Assembly (NCBI GenBank): GCA_002347045.1
Contig: DDWV01000001.1
Location: forward strand, 419,844 to 483,843
Source: Candidatus Collierbacteria bacterium UBA2277
GTDB lineage: Bacteria > Patescibacteriota > Microgenomatia > UBA1400 > MFAQ01
DNA: 64,000 nt
Reading direction: 5' to 3'
A model generated the notes under the pieces. It did no database searches and was not told the origin of the DNA. It worked only from the letters and a program-made list of their open reading frames with translations. The position numbers and the translations under genes are program-made. Positions 18,345-27,506 of the stretch are shown one piece after another (the first letter of the stretch is position 1; every line of letters starts with the position of its first letter).

Positions 18345-19274
18345 ATGAATACTGTTTCTGTGGAGTTGCTTGGAACAAGGGTAAATTGTAGGGGCTATTG
18401 GTGTAGTCATAGCTTAGAAAATGGGGGTGATCCTTTGAGTAACCCTCAGTTTATCTTTTACCTGATGGCTACAGATCAATGCAATGGTCTTTGTAGTTTT
18501 TGTGATATTCAGCGGAAATTTTTCAATAAACACGAACTCGATCCAGATACGGAAAAACTTCGGATAATTCTGACTGACCTTTTTGGACGAAATTTGATAA
18601 GCAAAATTTCCATTACTGGCGGAGAGCCGCTTCTTGATCCAAATAAAACTAACAAGCTAATAAATGTTATTTTTGAAGCCAATCCAGAAGCAATAGTGGA
18701 CATAACAACTAATGGCAGCTTGCTAAAAAACCTGCTGCTTTTGGAACAGGTAGACAAGATATCTACTATTCATATAAGTAGGCATCACTTTGAAACAGTG
18801 AGAAATAATGAGATCTTTAGCCTTAGAACGGCGAGTTTTGAAAAGATCCAACAGTATGCAGACAGATTTTTTGGAAAAATAAGCTTAAATTGTTGTTTGG
18901 TTCCTGGCTATGTTGATTCGCCTCAAATGGTGGAGCAGTATTTGGACTGGGCCGCAACTATTAGGGGATTGAAAAGCGCTGGATTGATAAGTTTAATCAA
19001 AAAAAATGTGTTTTGTGAAAACAGCCAAGTAAATGAAAAAATTATTTTAGAGTGGATAGATAACGATCCAAATAATATTGCTCATAACTACAACTATGAC
19101 ACTGATATCTGTGAGTGTAGATCTTGGCAAAGGATACCGAGTACCTATCTACCAATTACTTGCTTTTGGTGGAAAGTAAAAAGACTGAGTATTCCTTACT
19201 GTAGACAAATGGTATTTACAGCAGACAATAGGCTTACAGTGAACTTCAAAGAGATCGGTGAAATTCAAGTATAG
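18345..19274 (+). CDS. radical SAM enzyme, putative peptide-modifying maturase with C-terminal extra-Cys (SPASM/twitch-like) region
   Basis: CNGLCSFC (Cx3Cx2C), ITGGEPLL SAM motif, later CC/CxC/C residues (NCCLVPG, DICECRSW, ITCFWW, PYCRQ). Confidence 0.6.
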   Translation: MNTVSVELLGTRVNCRGYWCSHSLENGGDPLSNPQFIFYLMATDQCNGLCSFCDIQRKFFNKHELDPDTEKLRIILTDLFGRNLISKISITGGEPLLDPNKTNKLINVIFEANPEAIVDITTNGSLLKNLLLLEQVDKISTIHISRHHFETVRNNEIFSLRTASFEKIQQYADRFFGKISLNCCLVPGYVDSPQMVEQYLDWAATIRGLKSAGLISLIKKNVFCENSQVNEKIILEWIDNDPNNIAHNYNYDTDICECRSWQRIPSTYLPITCFWWKVKRLSIPYCRQMVFTADNRLTVNFKEIGEIQV

Positions 19275-19280
19275 TTAATA

Positions 19281-19308
19281 GCCAACGAGAAATCGTTGGC
19301 CTTTTTTT
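19281..19308 (+). terminator. rho-independent terminator (GCCAACGAgaaaTCGTTGGC + T8)
   Basis: Perfect 8-bp stem then TTTTTTT. Confidence 0.7.
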
Positions 19309-19310
19309 GA

Positions 19311-19838
19311 TCAAAAAATGTCTTCAGGCGGCAGAAACTCTTCTCCGTTTGGAGCACTTTTGTACTCGACTTTTAACCACTCTATGTAGTCGCAGCCGGT
19401 AGCTTGTTTGGCCTCTCTATCCCAACCTGAGGTGGAGCACTTTTTCATTTTTTTACCATTTGCCGTGGTATAGAGAACTAGAGGTTCTCCACACTTGGGG
19501 CACTTTTCGTCGAGTTTTTCTGTTGTGCCGTTTATCCATTCAACATAGTCGCAACCTGTAGCTTTTTTCTCTTCCTTATCCCAGCCTCCGGCACTACATT
19601 TTTTCATCTTTTTGCCAAAGCGGGTGACTTGAAGAACTAGAGGTTCTCCACACTTTGGGCACTTTTCGTCGAGCACCTCAGGCTCTATTTCTAGCCATTT
19701 TACGTAATCACAGCCCTCTGTTTTGTGGGTTTCGGTGTTCCATACGCCCTTTGAACAGCGTTGGAGCTTACGACCAGTAGGTGTTTCAATTACTTCTGAT
19801 AAAGTTGATCCGCATTTGGGACATTTTTCTTCTTCCAT
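19311..19838 (-). CDS. protein composed of three tandem topoisomerase-type C4 zinc-ribbon modules
   Basis: Three repeats of CPKCGxxL(x11)GKKMKKCSxxGWDxExKxATGCDYxxW, similar to Topo I C-terminal Zn fingers; ~174-bp DNA repeats. Confidence 0.55.
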   Translation of the reverse strand: MEEEKCPKCGSTLSEVIETPTGRKLQRCSKGVWNTETHKTEGCDYVKWLEIEPEVLDEKCPKCGEPLVLQVTRFGKKMKKCSAGGWDKEEKKATGCDYVEWINGTTEKLDEKCPKCGEPLVLYTTANGKKMKKCSTSGWDREAKQATGCDYIEWLKVEYKSAPNGEEFLPPEDIF

Positions 19839-19856
19839 ATACTAAAGGTTATCACA

Positions 19857-20174
19857 CTAACTAAGATCTTTTAAGACCTTCTTTATCATTTTTTCTGCAG
19901 CAAGGCGTATTTCGTTCTCAATATCTGGACCAATGTTTTCTTTTAGATAAGAAAGCAACTCTGGGTCATAAGGTCTATCGTGAACTTGAGATAGAAAATT
20001 ATCATGATGTCTAGGATTTAGTTTTTGAAGGATGTGTTCGATAATTCCTTCATAAATAATGTCATCTACCAACTGAAGAGCCTTGCCCTTTTGGTTTTCC
20101 TCCTCTGACTTCCTAGTAATAATCTCGATTATTTGAGTTTTGATTACTAGGTGATCGAAAAATAATGGTGCCAT
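19857..20174 (-). CDS. hypothetical protein (105 aa)
   Basis: ORF only. Confidence 0.4.
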   Translation of the reverse strand: MAPLFFDHLVIKTQIIEIITRKSEEENQKGKALQLVDDIIYEGIIEHILQKLNPRHHDNFLSQVHDRPYDPELLSYLKENIGPDIENEIRLAAEKMIKKVLKDLS

Positions 20175-20180
20175 AAGTTT

Positions 20181-21050
20181 TTAATAATTAACGGGTCCTA
20201 AAGGTACTTTGTTTTCTGGGTCATCAATAAATAACATTAGTATCAAGCCTTTTCTTGGACCTCTGTTTAGATCGAGATACTGCATCGTTTCAGGAGATCC
20301 GCCAAATTGTTTACCCGTCCATTCTGCCGGACCAGCGTCTCCTATAGCACAAACGATGGCCTGACCATTGACCGGGTTAACTACTAACATCTTTCGAAAT
20401 GAGTACCAGTCCTTTAATTGACGATAATCTGTATTCCAATTTTCTAAATAAAGAGTTTGAACAACGCAGTAGTATTTTTCTCTTTGATAGTCTCTTGTAG
20501 TAAAGTCTTTGGAGTCTGAAGCAAAATAGCCAAAAGCGCCAAGCCCAGGAGCCATTCCCGCTTCTTGAATCTCGTCATGATTGGCCAGGGTATCTCCCGG
20601 GTAACGCTTGAGATGCTGTTCAAAACCAATGTATCCTAGATGGTGATTTAGAGACTGACCTTCATAGTAAGCTTTGACTGGAATGTTTGTGTTTTCGGTA
20701 ATTATTTCTTCAATCTTTACAGCTTCTTCTGGAGTGAGCTTTGTGGGAGAGTGCGGAAGAAGTTCTTGAAGATTCCCAAGTAGTTTTTGGTGATTTGTTA
20801 AAGTTGCTCTGACAGGCTGTGAGACCTCAGTAGAAAAAGTCGCTGTCTCGGGCATGGGCATTACTAAAAGGCTACCTACAAGGCCAGCTCCTGCTAACAG
20901 CCGGCTCGAGCGCTGACGGAGATCGTAGGCTATAAGTGTTGACTTCGAGAAGAACTTTTTTGCGGCTGGGTTTTTTAGAATTTGTTTACGTAAAGAGTTT
21001 GACCTTTTTTCAAGTCTGGCAATGGAATTTTGTAGATTGCTTTCCGACAT
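20181..21050 (-). CDS. hypothetical membrane-anchored/secreted protein, possible 3D/double-psi-barrel-like C-terminus
   Basis: N-terminal anchor; ...VCAIGDAGPAEWTGKQFGG... motif; weak. Confidence 0.35.
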   Translation of the reverse strand: MSESNLQNSIARLEKRSNSLRKQILKNPAAKKFFSKSTLIAYDLRQRSSRLLAGAGLVGSLLVMPMPETATFSTEVSQPVRATLTNHQKLLGNLQELLPHSPTKLTPEEAVKIEEIITENTNIPVKAYYEGQSLNHHLGYIGFEQHLKRYPGDTLANHDEIQEAGMAPGLGAFGYFASDSKDFTTRDYQREKYYCVVQTLYLENWNTDYRQLKDWYSFRKMLVVNPVNGQAIVCAIGDAGPAEWTGKQFGGSPETMQYLDLNRGPRKGLILMLFIDDPENKVPLGPVNY

Positions 21051-21054
21051 GTTT

Positions 21055-22482
21055 TTAGGAGAAAACTGAACTTAAGCGCTTTAGCGTTTCCTCTTTTCCT
21101 AAGATAACGAAGCAGTCAAAAAGCGGTGGAGTGATAGTGCGGCCTGATACAGCTACCCTGAGTGACATAAAGGCCTCTTTAGGAGACAAACCCGAGTCTT
21201 TTTGAGCTTTGGCAAACTCTTGATGAAGAATCTCAGAGGAATAGTCTTTGTTGTTCTGGATTAAATCAATAGACTTTTGAAACCAAGTCTTTGTGTCGTC
21301 TTCGGAGTGAGCTGATTGTTCTAGAACTAGTTGCTTGTCTACATTTGGAGTTGTGAAAAAATACTCGGCAGCTGGGGCAAAATCTTTGAGTGTATACATT
21401 CTTTCTTTGGCGAGATTGATGATGGAAATTACTTTATCTTTTTCTCCGAGCCATTCTTTGGGAATAAAGCAATTTAGTTTGGTAAAGAGTTCTTCTGAGG
21501 AAAAATTTTTGATCCATTGGCTGTTGAGATAATCGAGTTTTTGAATGTCAAATATGGCATTTTGTCTTTGAATTTTTGTTTCGTCAAAGATGTCTACCAT
21601 TTCGCTTAGTGTGAGAAGAGCGGAGTTGTCTTTGTAGGAAAAACCTAGATAGAAAAGGAAGTTGTTGATGGCTTCGGGAAGATAACCATCTTCGAGATAC
21701 TCGAGAACTGATTTTGCACCATGACGTTTGGAGAGTTTACTTTTGTCGGGACCTAATAAAAGTGGAACATGAGCAAGAGTGGGTGGTTCCCAACCTAGTG
21801 ATTCGTAAAGGAAAAGATGTACCGGAGTGGACATCATCCATTCAACGCCACGAAGAACATGGCTTATCTTCATAAGATGATCATCAACAACTGAAGCGAG
21901 GTGATATGTTGGAATGCCGTTTGATTTCATTAGAACTTTGTCATCGCACTCTGTATTTGGAAGACTTAGCTTTCCTTGAACGAGATCGTGCCAGACACTG
22001 AAACCCGTTTCCGGAAGCTTGACTCTAATGACGTAAGGTGATCCCGAGTCCAGTTTATCTTGAACTTCTTCGGGGGATAAGTTGCGGCAGTGACGATCGT
22101 ATTTGGCAAATTGGTTGTCTTTGTGAAGATCTTTGAGTCTCTCCTCATTACAAAAGCAGTAGTATGCCGCCCCGGTATTGACAAGTTCTTGGGCATATTT
22201 TTGATATAAATCTAAACGCTGAGTTTGGATATATGGACCATAATCTCCGCCGATGATGGGATCTTCGTCTCGTTTTAAACCTAGAAGGTCGTGAATTTTG
22301 TATATTTTTTCGGTAGCTCCTTCAACTAAGCGTTCTTGATCGGTGTCTTCGATGCGCAAAATAAACTCACCGTGATATTTTTTGGCGAGTAAATAATCAA
22401 ATAGGGATGTTCGGGTATTGCCGATGTGTGGAATACCAGTAGGTGAGGGAGCAATTCGAGTTCTTACGTGCGTATCGGCCAT
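21055..22482 (-). CDS. gltX: glutamyl-tRNA synthetase
   Basis: PSPTGIPHIGN (HIGH), KLSKR (KMSKS), 475 aa. Confidence 0.85.
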   Translation of the reverse strand: MADTHVRTRIAPSPTGIPHIGNTRTSLFDYLLAKKYHGEFILRIEDTDQERLVEGATEKIYKIHDLLGLKRDEDPIIGGDYGPYIQTQRLDLYQKYAQELVNTGAAYYCFCNEERLKDLHKDNQFAKYDRHCRNLSPEEVQDKLDSGSPYVIRVKLPETGFSVWHDLVQGKLSLPNTECDDKVLMKSNGIPTYHLASVVDDHLMKISHVLRGVEWMMSTPVHLFLYESLGWEPPTLAHVPLLLGPDKSKLSKRHGAKSVLEYLEDGYLPEAINNFLFYLGFSYKDNSALLTLSEMVDIFDETKIQRQNAIFDIQKLDYLNSQWIKNFSSEELFTKLNCFIPKEWLGEKDKVISIINLAKERMYTLKDFAPAAEYFFTTPNVDKQLVLEQSAHSEDDTKTWFQKSIDLIQNNKDYSSEILHQEFAKAQKDSGLSPKEAFMSLRVAVSGRTITPPLFDCFVILGKEETLKRLSSVFS

Positions 22483-22507
22483 AGTGATAGTATACTTTAT
22501 TTAGTCT

Positions 22508-23587
22508 ATGGCAACACTAACTGAGGCATCGGTAACGGCAAGAAAAGCAATTAAGTATGGAGCAATTGGCTTCGTAGCTATTACTATTTTGTGGTATCTA
22601 GGCGTTGCTCTTGTTAAGTACTATCAGGCGCTAAATCCACCCCCGCTCCCAAACCCAACGGTAGATTTTGGTGTCTTACCAAAGGTAAATTTTCCTGAAA
22701 GTGCAGACCGACCAAAAATGGTGTTGGAACTACCAACTGGTGGAATTCAATCTTTTGTTGACCGCATGACAGTGTACTCAGAACCAGTAAAAAAGAGTTC
22801 CTTTACTGACGCAGAGAAAGGGATAGAAACTGCTGCAGCTCTTGGATTTTTGTTTAAACCTGAGATCCGAAATGAGTCTAATTATATTTGGACAGTACAA
22901 GACCAACTAAACTCAAAACTTGAAATGAATATTGTGACTGGTCACTTTGTGCTTACTCGCCAGTGGCAAAATAATCCAGCTTTAGCTGCGATGGCCAGTT
23001 TTTCTTCGGACAAGACCGTAATTACTGAAACTGAAAACTACCTAAGTAAAGTGGGACTTCTGAACTCAGATATTGTCGGAGTAGAGAAACTGACATATCT
23101 TAAGGATGATGGCGGAAAATTTGGAACAGCTTTGTCTTTGTCTGACTCTGATTTTGTGCAGATAGATTTGTTTAGAAAAAATATTGATGAGATCGATCCT
23201 GAAAGTAAAGCAAAAGAAATTAAAGCTAGTTATCCATTTTATCGACCTAATCCAAACAAAGGTTTGGTTCGTGTGGTGGTTTCAGGTTCAAAAAATGTAA
23301 ACGATAAAGTTATAAGTATGGATTATGAGTACAACACAATTAATTACAAAAAGAATGGAACTTATCCTATCAAAACTGGAGAAGAAGCTTGGGCTGAGCT
23401 TGAAAGTGGTGGAGGATTTGTTTTCCGAGGTGACTCCATCGCAAATGAAATGAAAATAAGGAGAGTGTTTTTAGGCTACTATGATCCAGAGATTAGTCTG
23501 GGATACACAATGCCAATTTACATTTTCCTCGGGGACCAAAACTTTACAGCTTATGTATCAGCAGTGGCTGATAAGTGGGTTGAGTAG
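22508..23587 (+). CDS. hypothetical membrane-anchored protein (359 aa)
   Basis: ORF with N-terminal TM; no motif. Confidence 0.5.
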   Translation: MATLTEASVTARKAIKYGAIGFVAITILWYLGVALVKYYQALNPPPLPNPTVDFGVLPKVNFPESADRPKMVLELPTGGIQSFVDRMTVYSEPVKKSSFTDAEKGIETAAALGFLFKPEIRNESNYIWTVQDQLNSKLEMNIVTGHFVLTRQWQNNPALAAMASFSSDKTVITETENYLSKVGLLNSDIVGVEKLTYLKDDGGKFGTALSLSDSDFVQIDLFRKNIDEIDPESKAKEIKASYPFYRPNPNKGLVRVVVSGSKNVNDKVISMDYEYNTINYKKNGTYPIKTGEEAWAELESGGGFVFRGDSIANEMKIRRVFLGYYDPEISLGYTMPIYIFLGDQNFTAYVSAVADKWVE

Positions 23588-23588
23588 A

Positions 23589-24500
23589 TTATTCCCAGGA
23601 GAAATTTTTGTAGACCCAGTTAAACAACTTTTGAGCTTCACCAAATCTATCTTTACTGTTTAAGATACTTATCAAAACTGGGTGATTGTCTTTTTCTGCC
23701 AAGATAACCAGACACTCTCCCGCCTCCGGTGTCCAGCCTGTTTTTACTCCAAATATGCCAGGATTACCAAGAAGGATGTTTGTTGTTTCTAAAGGATAGA
23801 TATTACCTTTGAGACTTTTTAATGTAATCTTTTGAGTAGAAACAATTTGAGCGAACTTTGGTCTTTTTAGAGCAGACTTGGCCAGCATAGCTATGTCGTA
23901 GGCAGAAGTATAATGATTTTGGCTTTCAACACCCGATACATTTACAAAGTGAGTGTCCTGTAACCCCATATCAAGTACTTTGGAGTTCATTTTATCGACA
24001 AAGGCGGAATATCCTCCCGGATAGTTTTCAGCTAGAGTAACGGCGGCATCATTTCCGGAAGGAACAAGGAGGGCAAATAACATGTCGTCTGCTATGATTT
24101 GATCTCCTTTTCTAAGGTTTATAGTGTTACCCGTTGAGTTTTGACCATTTTTAACTGAGAGAATTGAGTCGTCGTTGTAGTAATCAAGGGCAACGAGAGA
24201 AGTGACAATCTTTGTGAGGGAGGCAGGTTTGTGTCTTTGGTGAGGATTTTTATCATAGAGAACAACTCCACTTTCCATATCAGTAATATATATCCCGGTA
24301 GCAGTAAGGCTCGGTGCTGGTATTTCTCGGGAAACTGGTAGGGGGGGCTCAACAGTAAAAGCAGCTTTGACAAGAGGCTTGTTGGAAGAAGAGATGCCTA
24401 TTGCTGGTGAAAAAATTAAAAATCCAGATAGGCCAGTAAGTGAGGCAATGTTTAGTGCTTGTCGAAAAAAGGAGGGGGTGGACTTTGTGGTCTTTTTCAT
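23589..24500 (-). CDS. dacA: D-alanyl-D-alanine carboxypeptidase (serine-type, PBP5 family)
   Basis: ASLTK (SxxK), PSGN (SxN), KTGWT (KTG). Confidence 0.75.
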   Translation of the reverse strand: MKKTTKSTPSFFRQALNIASLTGLSGFLIFSPAIGISSSNKPLVKAAFTVEPPLPVSREIPAPSLTATGIYITDMESGVVLYDKNPHQRHKPASLTKIVTSLVALDYYNDDSILSVKNGQNSTGNTINLRKGDQIIADDMLFALLVPSGNDAAVTLAENYPGGYSAFVDKMNSKVLDMGLQDTHFVNVSGVESQNHYTSAYDIAMLAKSALKRPKFAQIVSTQKITLKSLKGNIYPLETTNILLGNPGIFGVKTGWTPEAGECLVILAEKDNHPVLISILNSKDRFGEAQKLFNWVYKNFSWE

Positions 24501-24518
24501 ATTGATAGAATCATTATA

Positions 24519-26006
24519 CTAATGAGAGCTCAATTGTAGTTCTTTGCGAATCCCTTCTTTGGCCTTGTGTGTCTTTATGAATCTAAGCCAATCTCTGTTT
24601 GGTTTTTTGGGGTTTTTTGATTTTTGAATCTCAACGATGTCGCCACTTTTTAGTTCGTGGTCGAGGGATACAATGTGTCCGTTTACAATGGCCGTTTGGA
24701 TGTATGAACCCAAGCCAGAGTGAACTTCAAAAGCAAAGTCTACTGGTGTAGAGTTTTCTGGCAGATCGTATACATCACCCAAAGGTGAAAATACATAGAT
24801 ACGGTGAGATAGGGCGTCTATCTTGAACTCTTCATAAGAATCTGACGGAGAACTTACTTGTTGTTGCCAACTAGCAAGCTGTTTGACCCAAGACATTTTT
24901 TCTGTAATTATGAAGGCGGTACCCCCTTTAAGATCAGAGTCAGAGGCTCCGTGACTCTTAGCATTAGAGTAGGCAAAGTGAGCGGCAGCCCCATACTCTG
25001 CCTGAGCGTGCATCTCTTCTGATCTAATTTGTATCTCAACGATATTTCCTTTACTGTCGAATACTTTTGTGTGAATAGACTGATATCCATTTGGTTTTGG
25101 CTGAGCAATAAAATCGGAAAGGCCATATTGAGGAACTGGCTTCCAGTATTGATGTATTACGCCTAGAGCAGAGTAGCAACTTGATGTGTCTGGGGCAATT
25201 ACTCGAACTGCCATGAGATCATATATTTTTGTGATATCTCTACCCATTTCCGGACGCAGTAGTTTTTTATAAAGGCTATATTTTCTTTTGGGACGACCTT
25301 CAACTTTGGCTTTAACCTTGTGTTTTACTAACTGTTGACGAATTTTGTTCATGATTCCTGAGACGTTATTTTCGGAGTACTTAAAGTGTGGCTTGGCTAT
25401 GTCAAGCAACCAGGCGTATTCTTCAGGGTATATAAAGGGGAAGGCCATGTCTTCGAGGTCACCTTTTAACTTACCCATACCAAGTCTTTCGGCCAAAGGG
25501 GCATATATCTCAAGCGTTTCCATAGCAATTCTTTTTTGTTTTGAAAAGGGAACGGCGTCAAGTGTTTCCATGTTGTGAAATCTATCTGTAAGACGAATCA
25601 AGACGACTCGGATATCTTGAGCCATAGCAACAAACATTCTTCTTAAGTTTTCAAGAAACTCTGTGTTTTGACTCCCGCGAAGTTGTACTTTTCCGACGCG
25701 ATCTACTCCTTCGACAAGTGAAGAAACTTCATCTCCAAAGAGTTCTTTTATTTCGTCAATTGAGACACCGGACATCTCTGGCAAGTCGTGAAGAAGAGCA
25801 GCTTCAATGGTTGTTTGATCAAGACCCCAACTGGCTAGGGTTGTTGCAACGGCTAGAGGATGAGTGATGTACTCGTCTCCTGTTTGACGATCTTGACCTC
25901 GATGTTTTTCAGACGCAAAATCATAGACTTTTACAAGCCTGTCTTTATCAAGATCGTTTCTTTTTGCCTCAACTTGCTCAATAAGATCAGCAAGGCGTTT
26001 TTCCAT
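24519..26006 (-). CDS. rel: (p)ppGpp synthetase/hydrolase RelA/SpoT family
   Basis: HD domain (HPLAV...LHDLPE), synthetase domain, TGS-like C-terminus. Confidence 0.8.
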   Translation of the reverse strand: MEKRLADLIEQVEAKRNDLDKDRLVKVYDFASEKHRGQDRQTGDEYITHPLAVATTLASWGLDQTTIEAALLHDLPEMSGVSIDEIKELFGDEVSSLVEGVDRVGKVQLRGSQNTEFLENLRRMFVAMAQDIRVVLIRLTDRFHNMETLDAVPFSKQKRIAMETLEIYAPLAERLGMGKLKGDLEDMAFPFIYPEEYAWLLDIAKPHFKYSENNVSGIMNKIRQQLVKHKVKAKVEGRPKRKYSLYKKLLRPEMGRDITKIYDLMAVRVIAPDTSSCYSALGVIHQYWKPVPQYGLSDFIAQPKPNGYQSIHTKVFDSKGNIVEIQIRSEEMHAQAEYGAAAHFAYSNAKSHGASDSDLKGGTAFIITEKMSWVKQLASWQQQVSSPSDSYEEFKIDALSHRIYVFSPLGDVYDLPENSTPVDFAFEVHSGLGSYIQTAIVNGHIVSLDHELKSGDIVEIQKSKNPKKPNRDWLRFIKTHKAKEGIRKELQLSSH

Positions 26007-26045
26007 ACTTGTATTCTACATTGTTATGCGTGATAAAATTTATGC

Positions 26046-27506
26046 GTGTATAGAAGGTTTTTGTTACCAGATGAGGTGGCTTTGATTCCAAAAGAGTTAA
26101 AAGAGGTGATGTCTCTATTTATGGAATTCGGTTTTGATATCTATTTGGTAGGAGGAGGTGTTCGAAATATTCTATTGGAAAAAGCTCCTGTGAATTGTGA
26201 CCTGGCGACGAATGCAACCCCTGAACAGAGTTTGGAAGTGTTGAAAGAGTACGAGCCTTTTTATAACAATGACTTCGGAACCGTGTCGTATGACATTGAA
26301 GTAAATGGAAATAAAGAACTTTATGAAGTAACTACTTATCGGTCTGAAAAAGAATACTCTGACTTCCGAAGACCTGACAATGTATCGTGGGGGAAAACTT
26401 TAGAAGAGGATGTAACCAGGAGAGACTTTACGATTAATGCAATGGTGGTTGGAGAAAAAGAGGGAAAGTTTGAGCTTATTGATTTAGTTGGTGGAATTGA
26501 AGACTTCGAAAAGGGGTTAATCAGGGCTGTAGGAGACCCCGAGAGGAGGTTTGGAGAGGATCCTTTACGAATGATGAGAGCTATAAGGATTGCAGCGATT
26601 TTGGGTTTTTCTGTCGAAGAAGAAACAATGAAAGCTATAAGCGTAAAATCTCCATTGCTGGAGAAAATAAGCAAAGAAAGAGTACGTGACGAGCTGATGA
26701 AAATAATTGGGTCATCTTACCCTGCTGATGGAGTCCAGTTGCTAATATCGACCGGACTAATGAAGCATATAATGCCGGAAGTGCTTGAAGGAAAAGGGGT
26801 TATTCAGAGTGGTCACCACAAACTAACGGTGCTTGATCATATGCTTGAGGGTTTACGATATAGTTCTTCACCAGATCCAGTGGTTCGGTTTGCAACATTT
26901 ATTCACGATGTCGGAAAGCCAAGATCTCAGAGGTTTAAATGTAGAAAATGCGGCAAGATGTTCCGAGACATTTCTGACGAGATTACGATGTGTGCAAACT
27001 GTGGATTCTCGCAACCCACAAAGGGGATGGTTACTTTTTATGGTCATGAAGTGATTGGGGCCAGAATGGCAAAAGAAATTTGCGAAAGACTTAGATTCAC
27101 AAACAAAGATACAGAAAAAATAGTTACCTTAGTTCGCATGCATATGTTTGCATATCAACCAGAAATGACTGACTCCGCTATTCGAAGACTAATTAGAAAA
27201 GTAGGAAAAGAAAATATTGCAGACATGATTCTTTTACGCATTGCCGACAGAAAAGGCAGTGGAAGCAATACTACCAGCTGGAGATTTATGGAACTCCAAA
27301 AGCGCATTGGTGAACAGCTATTTGAACCTATGGAGATCAATGATATGGTAGTAAATGGACGAGACGTAATTGAAGTACTCAAAGTAGAGCCAGGACCAGT
27401 GGTTGGTCGTGTTTTGAGAGAACTGTTTGATGAAGTTCTAGAGGATACAAGTAAAAATATTAAAGAGTATTTACTTGCAAGAATTGCAGAGATTGGATCT
27501 AAATAA
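26046..27506 (+). CDS. cca: CCA-adding tRNA nucleotidyltransferase with HD domain and an inserted CxxC...CxxC zinc ribbon
   Basis: LVGGGVRN head motif, HD motif FIHDVGKP...YGHEV, insertion CRKCGKMF...CANCGF. Confidence 0.7.
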   Translation: MYRRFLLPDEVALIPKELKEVMSLFMEFGFDIYLVGGGVRNILLEKAPVNCDLATNATPEQSLEVLKEYEPFYNNDFGTVSYDIEVNGNKELYEVTTYRSEKEYSDFRRPDNVSWGKTLEEDVTRRDFTINAMVVGEKEGKFELIDLVGGIEDFEKGLIRAVGDPERRFGEDPLRMMRAIRIAAILGFSVEEETMKAISVKSPLLEKISKERVRDELMKIIGSSYPADGVQLLISTGLMKHIMPEVLEGKGVIQSGHHKLTVLDHMLEGLRYSSSPDPVVRFATFIHDVGKPRSQRFKCRKCGKMFRDISDEITMCANCGFSQPTKGMVTFYGHEVIGARMAKEICERLRFTNKDTEKIVTLVRMHMFAYQPEMTDSAIRRLIRKVGKENIADMILLRIADRKGSGSNTTSWRFMELQKRIGEQLFEPMEINDMVVNGRDVIEVLKVEPGPVVGRVLRELFDEVLEDTSKNIKEYLLARIAEIGSK

